The notes under the pieces were generated by a model, which was given only the letters and a program-made list of their open reading frames with translations, was not told where the DNA came from and ran no database searches. Shown one piece after another: positions 55,501 to 62,899 of a stretch of DNA of 62,899 nucleotides. Position numbers and translations under genes: made by a program. Source of the DNA: a virus (taxonomy: Duplodnaviria; Caudoviricetes); the IMG/VR virus record IMGVR_UViG_3300032304_001576, positions 1-62,899 of that record; one strand, 5' to 3'. Numbering within the stretch: position 1 is the first letter of the stretch; each line of letters starts with the position of its first letter.

Positions 55501-57844
55501 TGCAAAGCCATTTAAGATTCTTCCTTGGATGCCGCCACCAGGAAAAACAATTGAAAGAGGGCTATCTAATAAACAAATTTTTGATGATCGTGGGCCAATA
55601 GAAGCGTTATTAAGTTATCCAAATACTGCAACTATTGGTGGAGCAAACTATGCATGGGATTCAATTACAAAACAATGGGTTAAACTTTCTGATGTTGATC
55701 GTCCACTAGGAGGAACAAAGTATTCACCCGCGCCTAATCTTCCAACACCAGATATGATGAGAGATGGAAAAACTGGGGCATATGATAGATACACCTATGA
55801 CATGTCTCGCCCAGACAATCTTCCATATCCTACCGGAATGGGCTGGACTACTGCCTGGGACTTAAATACTAGAGTCCCAGTAAATAATCTTCCAAGAGAT
55901 CCTGGTAGTTGGAATATCCCTGGCCCTAATTTTGGCAATCCAGATGGAGTTATAAGATTTAGACCAAATATGACTCCAGCAACTACAAGAACATCACAGC
56001 AAGAGCAATTCCCCATAGGAATGTCTGGACTATATCTTGGACAAGAAGATTCTCCATTCTCAGTAGGATCAAGAACTTCTGGAGCAGTTGGTTCGATACT
56101 TGATAGAGTTTTATCAGAACGTGGATCTATAACTAGAGCAATAGAAGTTCTTACTCCAGAAGAAAGAAGTAGATTAATCACAGAATTGTATCTTAGATCT
56201 ACTGGCCCACAGGCATCATTAAGAAGTTTAAACTCTGAATATGGATTATCTAACAACCTTGGAGAAATATCATTAGATAAGATTGTCTACAATGAAAGTC
56301 TTCTTCGTAGGTTTGCTGAAGGTGGACTGGTCTCATTAGATGAAAATCTTCTTAGACAAGAGGGGGTATCTCTTAATACTGCTAAAAATGCCGTAAGTTA
56401 TATTAATAATGGCGGATGGCCAGATAATTTAACTAGATTAGCGTTTGCTATTGCTATGAGAGAGTCAAACGGTAATGCAAATGCATTCTCAAGATATTCT
56501 CCAACTAATTCAGATACTGGATTATTCCAAGTAAATGAAGCCGCATACGGAAAACAGCCGTGGTTCGACCTGAATAGATTAAAGGATGGATCATATAATG
56601 CTGGAGTAGCATATAAGTATGTTTCTCAAGGCGGCACCCACTTCCTACCTTGGGCGCTAACGCCAGGATTTGATGGTACAAATGGCTGGGATTGGTCATA
56701 TTATGCAAATTCATCATATTTTGCTCCAGGATCACAGGCTAGAGGTGAAACAATAAGAAGAACTAAGTTGTTCTGGGATGCTTTCAAGGGATCATCTGGT
56801 GGCAATGGGACGACTGATACAACAAATAATAATTCTAATGAAACAGATAATGATAATTATTATCTGCCAGAAAGAGGATTGTTAGGCCGTCTATCATTAA
56901 TACAACGTGGAGAAGGTGGAAATAGAGGCGGTATTCCTGCTCCAGATGGAAGTTACCAGCCTCCAGTTAATACAGGAAATCCAGATGGAGTTCTAGCGGT
57001 TGCATTTGCTAAACAACAATTAGGCGAGCCATACGTTGCAGATGCTGATGGTCCAGATCAATGGGATTGTTCTGGTTTAACTGCTGCAGCATACAATGTT
57101 GGTGTGCCAGACGGGTATAAAAAATATAGTTTAGTTTCATACTCTACATCTCAAGCAGAAAGATTGAAGATTAATGTTAGAAGAACTTCTGGAACTCCTG
57201 GGGACGGTAGTATGCCAGAAATTCAAGATAATTTTAATATAGGAGATATTCTTTACTTTACAAATACTGGCATTGGATCTTCTGGAAAACATGTTTCTAT
57301 GTATGCTGGAAATGGTCAAATAATTGAGGCCGGAGATCCAGTACAGATGAATCCCTTGAATAATGACTGGAATAAAAAATATTTTACTTTTGGTGGCACA
57401 CCTATTGCTAAGTTTGCATCTGGAGGATTTATTTCTGGACCTGGCGGACCTAGATCTGATATGATTCCAGCAATGCTTTCTAACGGGGAGTATGTAGTTA
57501 AAGCATCATCTGTTGCAAAATACGGTAAAGGATTTATGGATCAAGTTAATTCTGGTTCACTTAATCCATTCCAGGGTTCATCCATGCAACCTAGAATGTT
57601 TGCAGACGGTGGAATGGTTGGATCTGCACCTATGCCAGCATTTAGTATGCCAGCAATGGCAGATACATCTGTTGGAGTTAATAATACTAATTATGCTGGA
57701 AATTCCTCTTCAACAAGAAATAACACCAAGGTTAAGGTTGTTATAAATGGTGCTGGTGGCAAGGGTGCTAACGCAATTGCTAATAAAGTTGTTAGTATGA
57801 TTAACTCTGCAAACAATAGAAGAAACCATAGTAGGAGTATCTAA
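46520..57844 (+). CDS. Tape measure protein with kinase-like, lytic transglycosylase and NlpC/P60 cargo domains
   Basis: N-terminal TMP core (NWGKNTQWAGRQ, NFLNAVENQT), coiled coils, RES.G...GLFQ, DCSGL...HV.MY. Confidence 0.9.
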   Translation: MANIQSTIVYNANLSAAQAQIKALTTQIGTLTAAFNTLDKAALSTQRSLAATFAANVGQIGGFTAQTVKATDAVETFGKRLASNKLTMREYFREAIAGYTNQESLMRRLAAQQVRYQQSVAVPMGAGQAMLLTPQSIAAAGNATALASQKFSIFNELINGGSTAMLNWGKNTQWAGRQLMVGFTVPLMLFTAVASKQFRELDKELTRFQKVYGSDLGNAISASTARMREDVKELAFEISRTYGIAAKETAALAADIAATGAEGEQLLSSVQQTTRLAVLGEVDRQEAMKATLALQSAFKMSTTELAESINFLNAVENQTSATLEDLSIAIPKVGPVVRSLGGDIEDLSILLVAMREGGIPAAEAANALKSGLASLINPTKQASEVAKQFGVDLVGIVEANQGQLMPTIYAMKDALSGLDSFARARIIEQIFGKYQFARITALFDNIGRLGSQTQSVVELAAKSSAELAAVANGEIRVLTESTAVKFQRTLEELKNSIMPIGEAITETLIPIFEFIGKGVKMFTSFFQALPEPVKNFAKYGVAIAALAGPVIMLVGLFGNLIANGIKFGMMITRLGARVAGLKFEKFELLDSHVMAAKLGVDQLTLSFDTQEAALRRLTGVLSAYETSLNRLTKSNPALFIPGAIPGARGQVPIRRSKGSTSPEKVPGGYGGGDRIPALLEPGESVVTKEATSRYWPVISAMNKGKLPGFASGVVFLGMARKYQDVQQAKELRTRLSRVNAEATTGRFADLPVTPLGAKVTSIGGKSSSIPGINGVYEDNGQRYVVKTHDSADSALAEVRGSQLTRDIFGLKTPVQELIKIKHPITGDVVFAVRSPYDARFAASSGKIDEGDFFTQALASVIRRDKDLQPDNLYDGVVTDVGAAFVANKASQPRVIGGDVPSVQDQAEINFLMKKGGARKWFAEETASLAKSMTEQEYVSGFRTAIAKASENVRGAIDKLPYLDENERQMYMRLVKDLDDAEKIDWSAVYRFHKDIVPEVKRPPTAAAIAKKEAAEAERIRQTGDMAPWQYGLPLTFNTGGKVPGSGEGDKIPALLEPGEFVVTKKATKDYAPILHAMNKGVLQGFALGTPRNDAVDKWLREYEAATTGIGQGQVSLGPWDATKRARKSSAPSSIRNLGAPEDIPGVRWARGHYTEAGADVKSMRLDRNPLVNISWHPELWKFITDAENQLANKLSTAGAGSAQIRRQIEVALRDTGANTEKIDRIMFAITEGIMVHSEDIQEYENALRHLHAQGADITFLGDTLSQADILKSQGRPGLASATTTELRDAQAIQLRNYQALERRLAADPGNAVLQQGRDRIARQIIQIEDYLEKFGEDVGRLPETVLRSIREHSDQASPSREAEKVGRNMSEGYLQGAESVDGRSAGEDLGREIVSGAKSSKTNARPVGPGIESASTSQQIAAAEKSVLDYTKAQAKFTSQRSVAQQQIAAIDAEILRLRQEERAGRMTAGTRLAKELVLLEERNKYDTELTRASRLEQMYQEKINAAKQRIAAADERQLRAEEEEARRAEARAQAAPGRITMGMLGGSQTDAKTLSAMRRVQAGYGKPGDKDLINQALGIQSGPTDSLRRAKDASGDIDNRRGMGTMALTNIMFTLSAAVSGITAMTGASEDAAAKIGMLTTAMMGLTTILSFRDMIPGGGGFLGLKAAGAKLSDLGANKIPAPFAPTLGGAAAARGAGQSVGFGASTLLRGGAALSFMGSGPGIAIAAGLTAAVTGYMMYKKAADEARERAIAAFEDPAESAKYFGEEIKDLSRLLEERAGRFLPGDNAAAVDQGLRDIVKEEYAPLIEKVKYSNAEAGARELAIAYNSMLLNGLSSDAAKETLKAIAVEAGIVGGQAYGEAFTSNLLVADNAEQAIQEQLDRLNPENYKGLADKLEASLPQMQQGVYDAIDADAIDRWKQLGKGLLQISGVDFEKPSRGILDISRSLQNMGAGLTNVWQSFTGQLFDSTPLAQAADAASNRLDQIKNQIEEMRNLSADAFLANAEDFMKAYEAAPEAVVEAIQTSGQWMDDTAENLDIVKAKLMELNPLSAGFINLIGSMEDAVLAFQLTTMGIDLSRVFTVGEDGVIVFNSALAESIKLTQAYYDQQELESKESFDKLKENTVAFIDEEIKATKKGINRINDYFDSWKKIINKQERESERQFKQDQRRSEKFIDAKEDEIDSIQDALEASREAFDDKMQQYEDERKAIEDSSDAYIKSLQKNQAADSFYAQQRQTSLGALEKLASGDVFGFLQDREKMSADAQSFSYDTMIAEIEDRRDLELKAIDETMEKERRKQEEYEENQQKKIDLINDQIEAERELMDARQKAHEKELRQFEKKRKTIETNRKMELKDEQTKLSDLQRQRETAQTTELKDYQKFTESLGEEYKKRYGKEIVELQKVQYYIRFNALYQQNQSRETSKQLSDDQLMIAAFTQSFGKKPQAKVPIQQQILNMGLDPYDPNNPMYKPRTAANGGLMKFGDGSGGKVVGPGGPKSDVIPAYLSNGEYVVKASSVKSYGVPMMEAINAGKFAYGGYVGSADAQETRAQGNVYGGTPKTNYSYTPGSSVRQIPWSANRPNLTSLLDDTPNDNYKARGKYADRKYVAYALEAKEYRPGYSGGKKWRENMSRMQNLGLNITSAFEEWRNLRRWEKEQFIRGLPPTTTSSQQTTNSTTTNNYPGTTIPSAQMRGEGTSPYYKDWWTNYESKAKAYLRTLPGGANRWMIEHFQDTDGHHSYRIIPRAQDNRPWWQKLLQPAYDDGAGHLKGDYNYDGKTWPNKGDKGTAVDYGWKDGGLVKGFKNGGIIKAYDGTYVSADRAETNAADRRARNQNRTTTTYTGGTPTAAYAPKASYYTTPNWNPRKHGVLPQYKNPLPIGRIAGTTNPYSMAGAFTADTATMYSQNYSHKLPAYASYDQIQSRLMSKAFNNYGSSQGGDRWKQIASMLASPYDTPAKQRLISSARGVPTMAYWRNLSREQKDWFIRYATTGNGASWTGAKPFKILPWMPPPGKTIERGLSNKQIFDDRGPIEALLSYPNTATIGGANYAWDSITKQWVKLSDVDRPLGGTKYSPAPNLPTPDMMRDGKTGAYDRYTYDMSRPDNLPYPTGMGWTTAWDLNTRVPVNNLPRDPGSWNIPGPNFGNPDGVIRFRPNMTPATTRTSQQEQFPIGMSGLYLGQEDSPFSVGSRTSGAVGSILDRVLSERGSITRAIEVLTPEERSRLITELYLRSTGPQASLRSLNSEYGLSNNLGEISLDKIVYNESLLRRFAEGGLVSLDENLLRQEGVSLNTAKNAVSYINNGGWPDNLTRLAFAIAMRESNGNANAFSRYSPTNSDTGLFQVNEAAYGKQPWFDLNRLKDGSYNAGVAYKYVSQGGTHFLPWALTPGFDGTNGWDWSYYANSSYFAPGSQARGETIRRTKLFWDAFKGSSGGNGTTDTTNNNSNETDNDNYYLPERGLLGRLSLIQRGEGGNRGGIPAPDGSYQPPVNTGNPDGVLAVAFAKQQLGEPYVADADGPDQWDCSGLTAAAYNVGVPDGYKKYSLVSYSTSQAERLKINVRRTSGTPGDGSMPEIQDNFNIGDILYFTNTGIGSSGKHVSMYAGNGQIIEAGDPVQMNPLNNDWNKKYFTFGGTPIAKFASGGFISGPGGPRSDMIPAMLSNGEYVVKASSVAKYGKGFMDQVNSGSLNPFQGSSMQPRMFADGGMVGSAPMPAFSMPAMADTSVGVNNTNYAGNSSSTRNNTKVKVVINGAGGKGANAIANKVVSMINSANNRRNHSRSI

Positions 57845-57847
57845 CAC

Positions 57848-58387
57848 ATGTCTACTACGACATTACAAAGAATATGGACTCGTCCAGCATTAATGATATT
57901 TTCAGAAAATGCTCCCGTGGTGGTAAATGCTGCCTCAGGTCAATGGAATCTTGGCACGGCAGATACAGACTTCCTTTACCTTACTGACGACAGTAGATCG
58001 GAGTTACAGGTAGCAATAGAAAGAATTGAATATAAGAAAAGAATGATTAATGGAAGAATGAGATCTTATCATGTGGCAGATAAGAAAACATTCTCTGTGT
58101 CATGGGAGGATCTTCCTTCCGTACGAGATGAATTATCTGAGACTAGATTTGGCGGAACTACAACAGGCTGGGCATCCTCTCAACAGATGCTTGACTGGCA
58201 TAAAGATCATACAGACAGTTTCTATCTCACTTTGGTTTATGACACTCCTACATCATCTTCAGCCGTACCGCTGAAGTACTCATTAGAATACTATAATGTG
58301 TTCTTTGAGGATTTTAGTTATGTCATTACAAAGCGAGGGGCGACACACGATCTTTGGGATATCTCCATGACTTTGGTGGAGGTGTAA
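57848..58387 (+). CDS. Minor tail protein (distal tail-like)
   Basis: Follows the tape measure gene; RMINGRMRSYHVADK..SVSW.DLPS. Confidence 0.75.
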   Translation: MSTTTLQRIWTRPALMIFSENAPVVVNAASGQWNLGTADTDFLYLTDDSRSELQVAIERIEYKKRMINGRMRSYHVADKKTFSVSWEDLPSVRDELSETRFGGTTTGWASSQQMLDWHKDHTDSFYLTLVYDTPTSSSAVPLKYSLEYYNVFFEDFSYVITKRGATHDLWDISMTLVEV

Positions 58388-61300
58388 TGTTAAACTATAG
58401 CGACATTCGTGACCTATATAAAAATGCCGACAGAATAAATAGCGAGCATCAAGTTATTGCTGAATGGAATATGAATAAATATTTTTCTATAGAAAAATAT
58501 GGATTGTATAAACTCTATGGTCAACAATTTACCTATTCGTCTAGTAGTTCAAATATTATCGACGGCAAAAACAGAATTTTATTTAATGAAGATGAAACAA
58601 AAATAGATCCTAAATCAGAATTTTATTCACAACTATCATCTGTTTTTAAGCCCAATAGACCAGACGCTGGAATTGTTTTTGCTCAAAAACATCCTGGTGC
58701 CGTGTTCTCAGATAGCGTATTTGATATTAGAGTGTCAAGACTTTCTACTGCTTCTGCTAGATTTTATCCAGTATCAGAAGGCAGAACATATGATTACTAT
58801 AACTCTGGCAAGTTTCTTGGCTTTGATCAGATTGCTGATGTAAAAAGAAAAATGGTCGGGGTGGCGAATAGTTTTGGGAGCATCTCAGACGTTAACCCAT
58901 TTGTTGTTTATGAGCAAGATGTTATGTGCAATAAGATAGTCATTAAGGTACAAAATCATCTCGCTATTCCTTCATCATTTTCAATAGATATTTTAGTTAG
59001 TGGCTCATGGACTCAAATTTATAATGTTCCAAGAACTGAAGCAAGATTATCAAATCCAAGCGCTAGTGCTAATAGCAACGATGACTTTATATCAGGAGAA
59101 CTTAATTTATACTATCAAAGAAATGGAACTTGGTCTAAAACAGTTACAAGGCTAGATGATTTTGATGAAATTATATCAGCATCTCCAACTCACTTCAAAA
59201 GAATTCGTGGGCTAAGGTTTAGAGTAGACTCAATGGTTCCAGTAGTTCTACCTCCTCAAAAACCAACTGGAGAAAAATGGGTAAGCACCCTTAAGAATGC
59301 ACCTTTGGAACTTATAGAAATATCTCCACGCTTAGAAGCAGATGTTAGTGACTACGTTGAATCTTTTAGTCTAGCCTCTTCTATTGGTGATTCTACAAGT
59401 TTTGGTCTACCAGTTGGAACGGTAGTGTCTGGAACTGGTAATATATCATTGTCAAATGAAGACGGGCAATTTCTTTTCGCAAGCATCCTAAGTACATCTA
59501 AAATGCTTAATGAGGATGTAAAGTTTAGTCTTTACCAAAAGGTATATGTGCCAGATGTAAATCAGACATTCAATATTCCAATGGGAGTTTTATACTCAAA
59601 TCAATGGAACATAGGTGGAGATTATTCTGTATCAGTTTCTTTAGAGGATGGTATGAAGTACCTTAGGCAACTGTCCGCCCCTGATTTTATGATATCTTCA
59701 TTTGCTGCTACATCAGCCATTATTTTAATGATATTAGATAATGTTGGAGTGACTGGCCTAGACTTTAGGAAGTCCTCCGATTACAGTAAAAACGATAAAG
59801 AAGATACCTTAATTAAGAATTTCTTTTGTAAAAGAGAGCAAACGGTGGCAGAAGTATTTGAACAGATAGCGGTGGCAACACAATGTTCTATGTACTATGA
59901 TGCTACAGGTAAATTAAACGTACTCACAAAAGAAAGATTAACAGAGAATGCTGCAATAGAAGACTCTGTTCAAGAAATTAATAATTTAAACCCAGATCCA
60001 TATAAATATGTCTGGTACAACAACAATTGGTTCTTTTACGGTAGTAATACTGACGCTCTTCCAACAGAGACAGAATGGACCTATAGTGATTACTATGGGT
60101 TCTGGGTTTCTGAGGATCATCCAGTTCCAGCACAGTCTCCTGGGACAGACTTCTGGTTTATTATGGATGAAAATGTTTCTGCGTCAGCGACTGAATATCC
60201 ATATACTGCAAGTTATACTTCTAATGTTGTATCTTTAGCGGAAGAAAAAATTAACCCAATAACAGATGGAGATATTACATATCATTTTTATGGCCCTAAA
60301 AGAGCCCCACTTTCTAATATAATTGAGGATACGCAGAAAAAACTTTATCAGCAGTTATTGCTAGATCAATTCCCTATGAATTCTTTGGCCTTTTCGAACT
60401 TTGAGTATGGAACAACCATAATGTGGCAGCCATCGGATGATAACTCATCTGTTCTAGGGGCAGCAAATGTCATTAAAGATCTATATGAATATAGATTAAA
60501 AAATCTATATGATGGAAAAACTTATACAAAATTTAATGAAGAAGACGCAATTAGAGCGATGTTTACTACCGAAACTGATGATAACTACAGAAGATCTTTA
60601 GTAATTTATTTAGATGCAAACGAGGGCTTTACGATACCAGATTATGAAGGATATGTTCTTATAGATAATGAATATATTAAGTATCGTGGAAAGTTATTTT
60701 ATGTCGCTGGCACCAATGGAGTTTATGGCAGTAGGATAATCTTTACTGAAGAAGAGTTTTTTGAGTTAAAGTCTTCTTTAGGAAAAGGTGATTCAATATC
60801 ATTTAGAGGTTTAATAGTAGACGTTAAATTTAAAAATATTGAAAAAGTAAATGATAAATATAAATATAGAGTAATAGGCGATGGTAGAGGTAAATTCAGT
60901 AGTGATGTATCAAGACATTATGCAGTAGTAGAGGAATCAGATGGAATAGAGCCTTCAAATAGATTTAAACTAGTTCTTGGTGAAAAAGCAAACTATAATG
61001 TTCCAGGTCAACTAGAGGCCACAACAAAATTTAATTTCTTGGATAAAGTTAAATATAAGTCTGCTAAAAAATTCTTAGGAACTATTCCGAGCGATACGCT
61101 AGACACCTACCTTGGATTTCTTAAAATATCAGGGCCTGTTGCCCCCAAGTCGGATAGAGATGTTGTTGAGTCTATTACAACCGCTTCGCCGTCTAATTCT
61201 GTAGTAAAAGAATTAAACAAAATAAATAATCAGGTAAACGACGATGTTCCTGGAAAAGACTTTGATCCATTTGTATCTCTTATGGGAGAAAAGGCATTAT

Positions 61301-62631
61301 ATGGTCAGAAAATTACTCTGCCATTTGCTCCAAACTTTATATCTACAAGGATGAGGCTCTACTCTCCTAGAAAGATAGTTGATAAAAATTATGTAGTATC
61401 ATCTACAAACTCTTCAATTGCTGGAATAGGCTTTGGCATAAATAGCCTAGGTGAAGGATACTATCTAGAGGTGGAAAACGCGGCGGCAGGTAAAGGTTTT
61501 TATAAAGAAGATGATGTTACTAAAAACCTTAGATTCTATAGAATTAAATTAGAAAAACAAAAGGATAGTGTTGTATATACTCCAACTCTTCTAATGAGGG
61601 CAAGCGTCGGCGGGGCAACTGTATCTGATACTGCTGTTCAAGTTATAAAATCTGACAATCAATCAGGAGACCCTGTATTTGAACTTGACATTGAAATAGA
61701 ACAGTTTAAAGACGCTATGAAGTATACAATTTACTACGGAGATAATAAGATCGGTAGTTATGTAGAAAAAATTGGTGAGTCTGTAGGAATTAACTCAAAA
61801 AATATTTGCATGTTTGTAAGAAATGATTCTCAGGCCATTTATGAATACATTGCTGCTGCGGCAAAGCCATTTGAAGATAGCACAGGATCATACTTTAAGG
61901 GTAAGAAACAATTTGAAAAAGTGTTAAATCAAGGGGCTATTTCTGTAAATAAATCTTTCTTGTTTAAGGATGATAAGAATGAAGCACTATTTTATTACAA
62001 TGATTTTGCTAGACTTGCAAGACAAGTAAGAGAGTATGAGATTAGATTTGCTGGCCCTGCTTTAACAACATCTCTTCTAGATATTTCAGAAATTAATCCT
62101 AAGTATCTAATTAAAAAATATGAGCCTAATGCCTTCGGTGCTAAATTGGTTGTAGCCAATATTTCTGGCGGAGCCATGAGGCTAGGTTCTGACGCTAGGC
62201 TTCCCCTATATATCGTTGGAATTGCGTTAGAGGAATTAAGTTCTGGAACCGTTACAGCAAAAGATTTATATGAAAATAGTGAAGAAGATAAATTAAAGCA
62301 GACGGAGAGAGAGAAAAATATTTCTATTTATGGAGATCAAACATTTTCTCTAGATAGCCAATACATCCAGTCACTATCTCAAGCAAGATCTATGATGCAA
62401 TGGGTTTTGAGGTATTGCAGTAGACAAAGAATAAAACTAACTATGGAAATTTTTGAGAACCCCCTAATAGAACTTGGAGATAAAGTAAAGATATACGATA
62501 AATCCCGTGGGTACTATGAGGGCAATAGTAACTTTGGCGACAAAACATTTGTTGTATCTTCTATCGCTCATTCAGTAAGCCCCAGCGGTCCATCAATGAC
62601 TATATCAATAGTAGAGGTCGGTGAAGCATAG
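58387..62631 (+). CDS. Large minor tail/baseplate hub protein
   Basis: IAEWNMN, ELIEISPRL, LPVG, IAVATQC.MYYD, NPLIELGD.V; TAATG-coupled start. Confidence 0.8.
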   Translation: MLNYSDIRDLYKNADRINSEHQVIAEWNMNKYFSIEKYGLYKLYGQQFTYSSSSSNIIDGKNRILFNEDETKIDPKSEFYSQLSSVFKPNRPDAGIVFAQKHPGAVFSDSVFDIRVSRLSTASARFYPVSEGRTYDYYNSGKFLGFDQIADVKRKMVGVANSFGSISDVNPFVVYEQDVMCNKIVIKVQNHLAIPSSFSIDILVSGSWTQIYNVPRTEARLSNPSASANSNDDFISGELNLYYQRNGTWSKTVTRLDDFDEIISASPTHFKRIRGLRFRVDSMVPVVLPPQKPTGEKWVSTLKNAPLELIEISPRLEADVSDYVESFSLASSIGDSTSFGLPVGTVVSGTGNISLSNEDGQFLFASILSTSKMLNEDVKFSLYQKVYVPDVNQTFNIPMGVLYSNQWNIGGDYSVSVSLEDGMKYLRQLSAPDFMISSFAATSAIILMILDNVGVTGLDFRKSSDYSKNDKEDTLIKNFFCKREQTVAEVFEQIAVATQCSMYYDATGKLNVLTKERLTENAAIEDSVQEINNLNPDPYKYVWYNNNWFFYGSNTDALPTETEWTYSDYYGFWVSEDHPVPAQSPGTDFWFIMDENVSASATEYPYTASYTSNVVSLAEEKINPITDGDITYHFYGPKRAPLSNIIEDTQKKLYQQLLLDQFPMNSLAFSNFEYGTTIMWQPSDDNSSVLGAANVIKDLYEYRLKNLYDGKTYTKFNEEDAIRAMFTTETDDNYRRSLVIYLDANEGFTIPDYEGYVLIDNEYIKYRGKLFYVAGTNGVYGSRIIFTEEEFFELKSSLGKGDSISFRGLIVDVKFKNIEKVNDKYKYRVIGDGRGKFSSDVSRHYAVVEESDGIEPSNRFKLVLGEKANYNVPGQLEATTKFNFLDKVKYKSAKKFLGTIPSDTLDTYLGFLKISGPVAPKSDRDVVESITTASPSNSVVKELNKINNQVNDDVPGKDFDPFVSLMGEKALYGQKITLPFAPNFISTRMRLYSPRKIVDKNYVVSSTNSSIAGIGFGINSLGEGYYLEVENAAAGKGFYKEDDVTKNLRFYRIKLEKQKDSVVYTPTLLMRASVGGATVSDTAVQVIKSDNQSGDPVFELDIEIEQFKDAMKYTIYYGDNKIGSYVEKIGESVGINSKNICMFVRNDSQAIYEYIAAAAKPFEDSTGSYFKGKKQFEKVLNQGAISVNKSFLFKDDKNEALFYYNDFARLARQVREYEIRFAGPALTTSLLDISEINPKYLIKKYEPNAFGAKLVVANISGGAMRLGSDARLPLYIVGIALEELSSGTVTAKDLYENSEEDKLKQTEREKNISIYGDQTFSLDSQYIQSLSQARSMMQWVLRYCSRQRIKLTMEIFENPLIELGDKVKIYDKSRGYYEGNSNFGDKTFVVSSIAHSVSPSGPSMTISIVEVGEA

Positions 62632-62899
62632 TGACTGACTTGCAAAAAATATTAGATAAAGTTAATTATGCTAGAAGTCAAAAGTTTATTTCTCAGGAAG
62701 AGGCTGAAAACTTACGCGCCCGTGCTAAAAAAATGGCGGACAATAAAGGCAACCTTAAAGAAGATGAAAGAAGTAAAATTAACACTATCCTTAACAATTC
62801 TTTGAATAAAAAAGGGCAGGAGGTTAAAAAAGAAACTGGTCTTAAGCCACCCGCAAGTAGTGATTTAACTCGTTTAGATAAACCAGGATCTGGTCAAAA
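62631..62899 (+). CDS. Partial hypothetical protein (runs off the window end)
   Basis: GTG overlapping the previous TAG; open to the end of the window. Confidence 0.6.
   Translation, partial: MTDLQKILDKVNYARSQKFISQEEAENLRARAKKMADNKGNLKEDERSKINTILNNSLNKKGQEVKKETGLKPPASSDLTRLDKPGSGQ

Noticed and set aside
46520-62631. Numerous short antisense ORFs within the tape measure and hub genes
   Set aside because: Shadows of very long sense ORFs with no independent signals
1-62899. Stop-codon reassignment
   Set aside because: Genes are long and intact in the standard code, all three stops terminate genes, and no suppressor-anticodon tRNA was found

Overview
This window is part of a large tailed-phage (siphovirus-type) genome that most likely infects an actinobacterium. 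Support for that host: a WhiB-family gene, a DUF7455-like gene, leaderless starts, and gene order recalled as similar to large Streptomyces cluster BE/BK-like and freshwater actinophages. Four blocks are visible. (1) ~1-10.85 kb: a GC-richer early region of small, mostly leftward ORFs, 4 tRNAs and several structured RNAs, punctuated by 14 copies of an unusual promoter (TGTCAGAC-N8-TAnnnT) and 9 copies of a separate fixed-geometry motif module. (2) ~10.9-18 kb: HNH, ThyX, 3 tRNAs (including Ile-UAU), endonuclease VII, a lysis cassette and a class II ribonucleotide reductase. (3) ~18-37 kb: virion surface/fibre genes followed by an AT-rich modification cluster (2OG-Fe(II) hydroxylase, three Gnt1/GT60-like glycosyltransferases, a GT2-like enzyme, three tandem paralogues, a GNAT-like protein). 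(4) ~37-62.9 kb: portal, protease-scaffold, capsid, head-tail and tail genes, including a 3774-aa multi-domain tape measure protein. Strongest candidates for undescribed biology: a virion hydroxylation/glycosylation system with a putative [S/T]-A-S sequon on surface proteins; the early-region promoter/motif cassette architecture; a covarying mini-pseudoknot immediately 5' of stable RNAs; and kinase-like and lytic cargo in the tape measure protein. All family assignments come from motif recognition by eye, not database searches.
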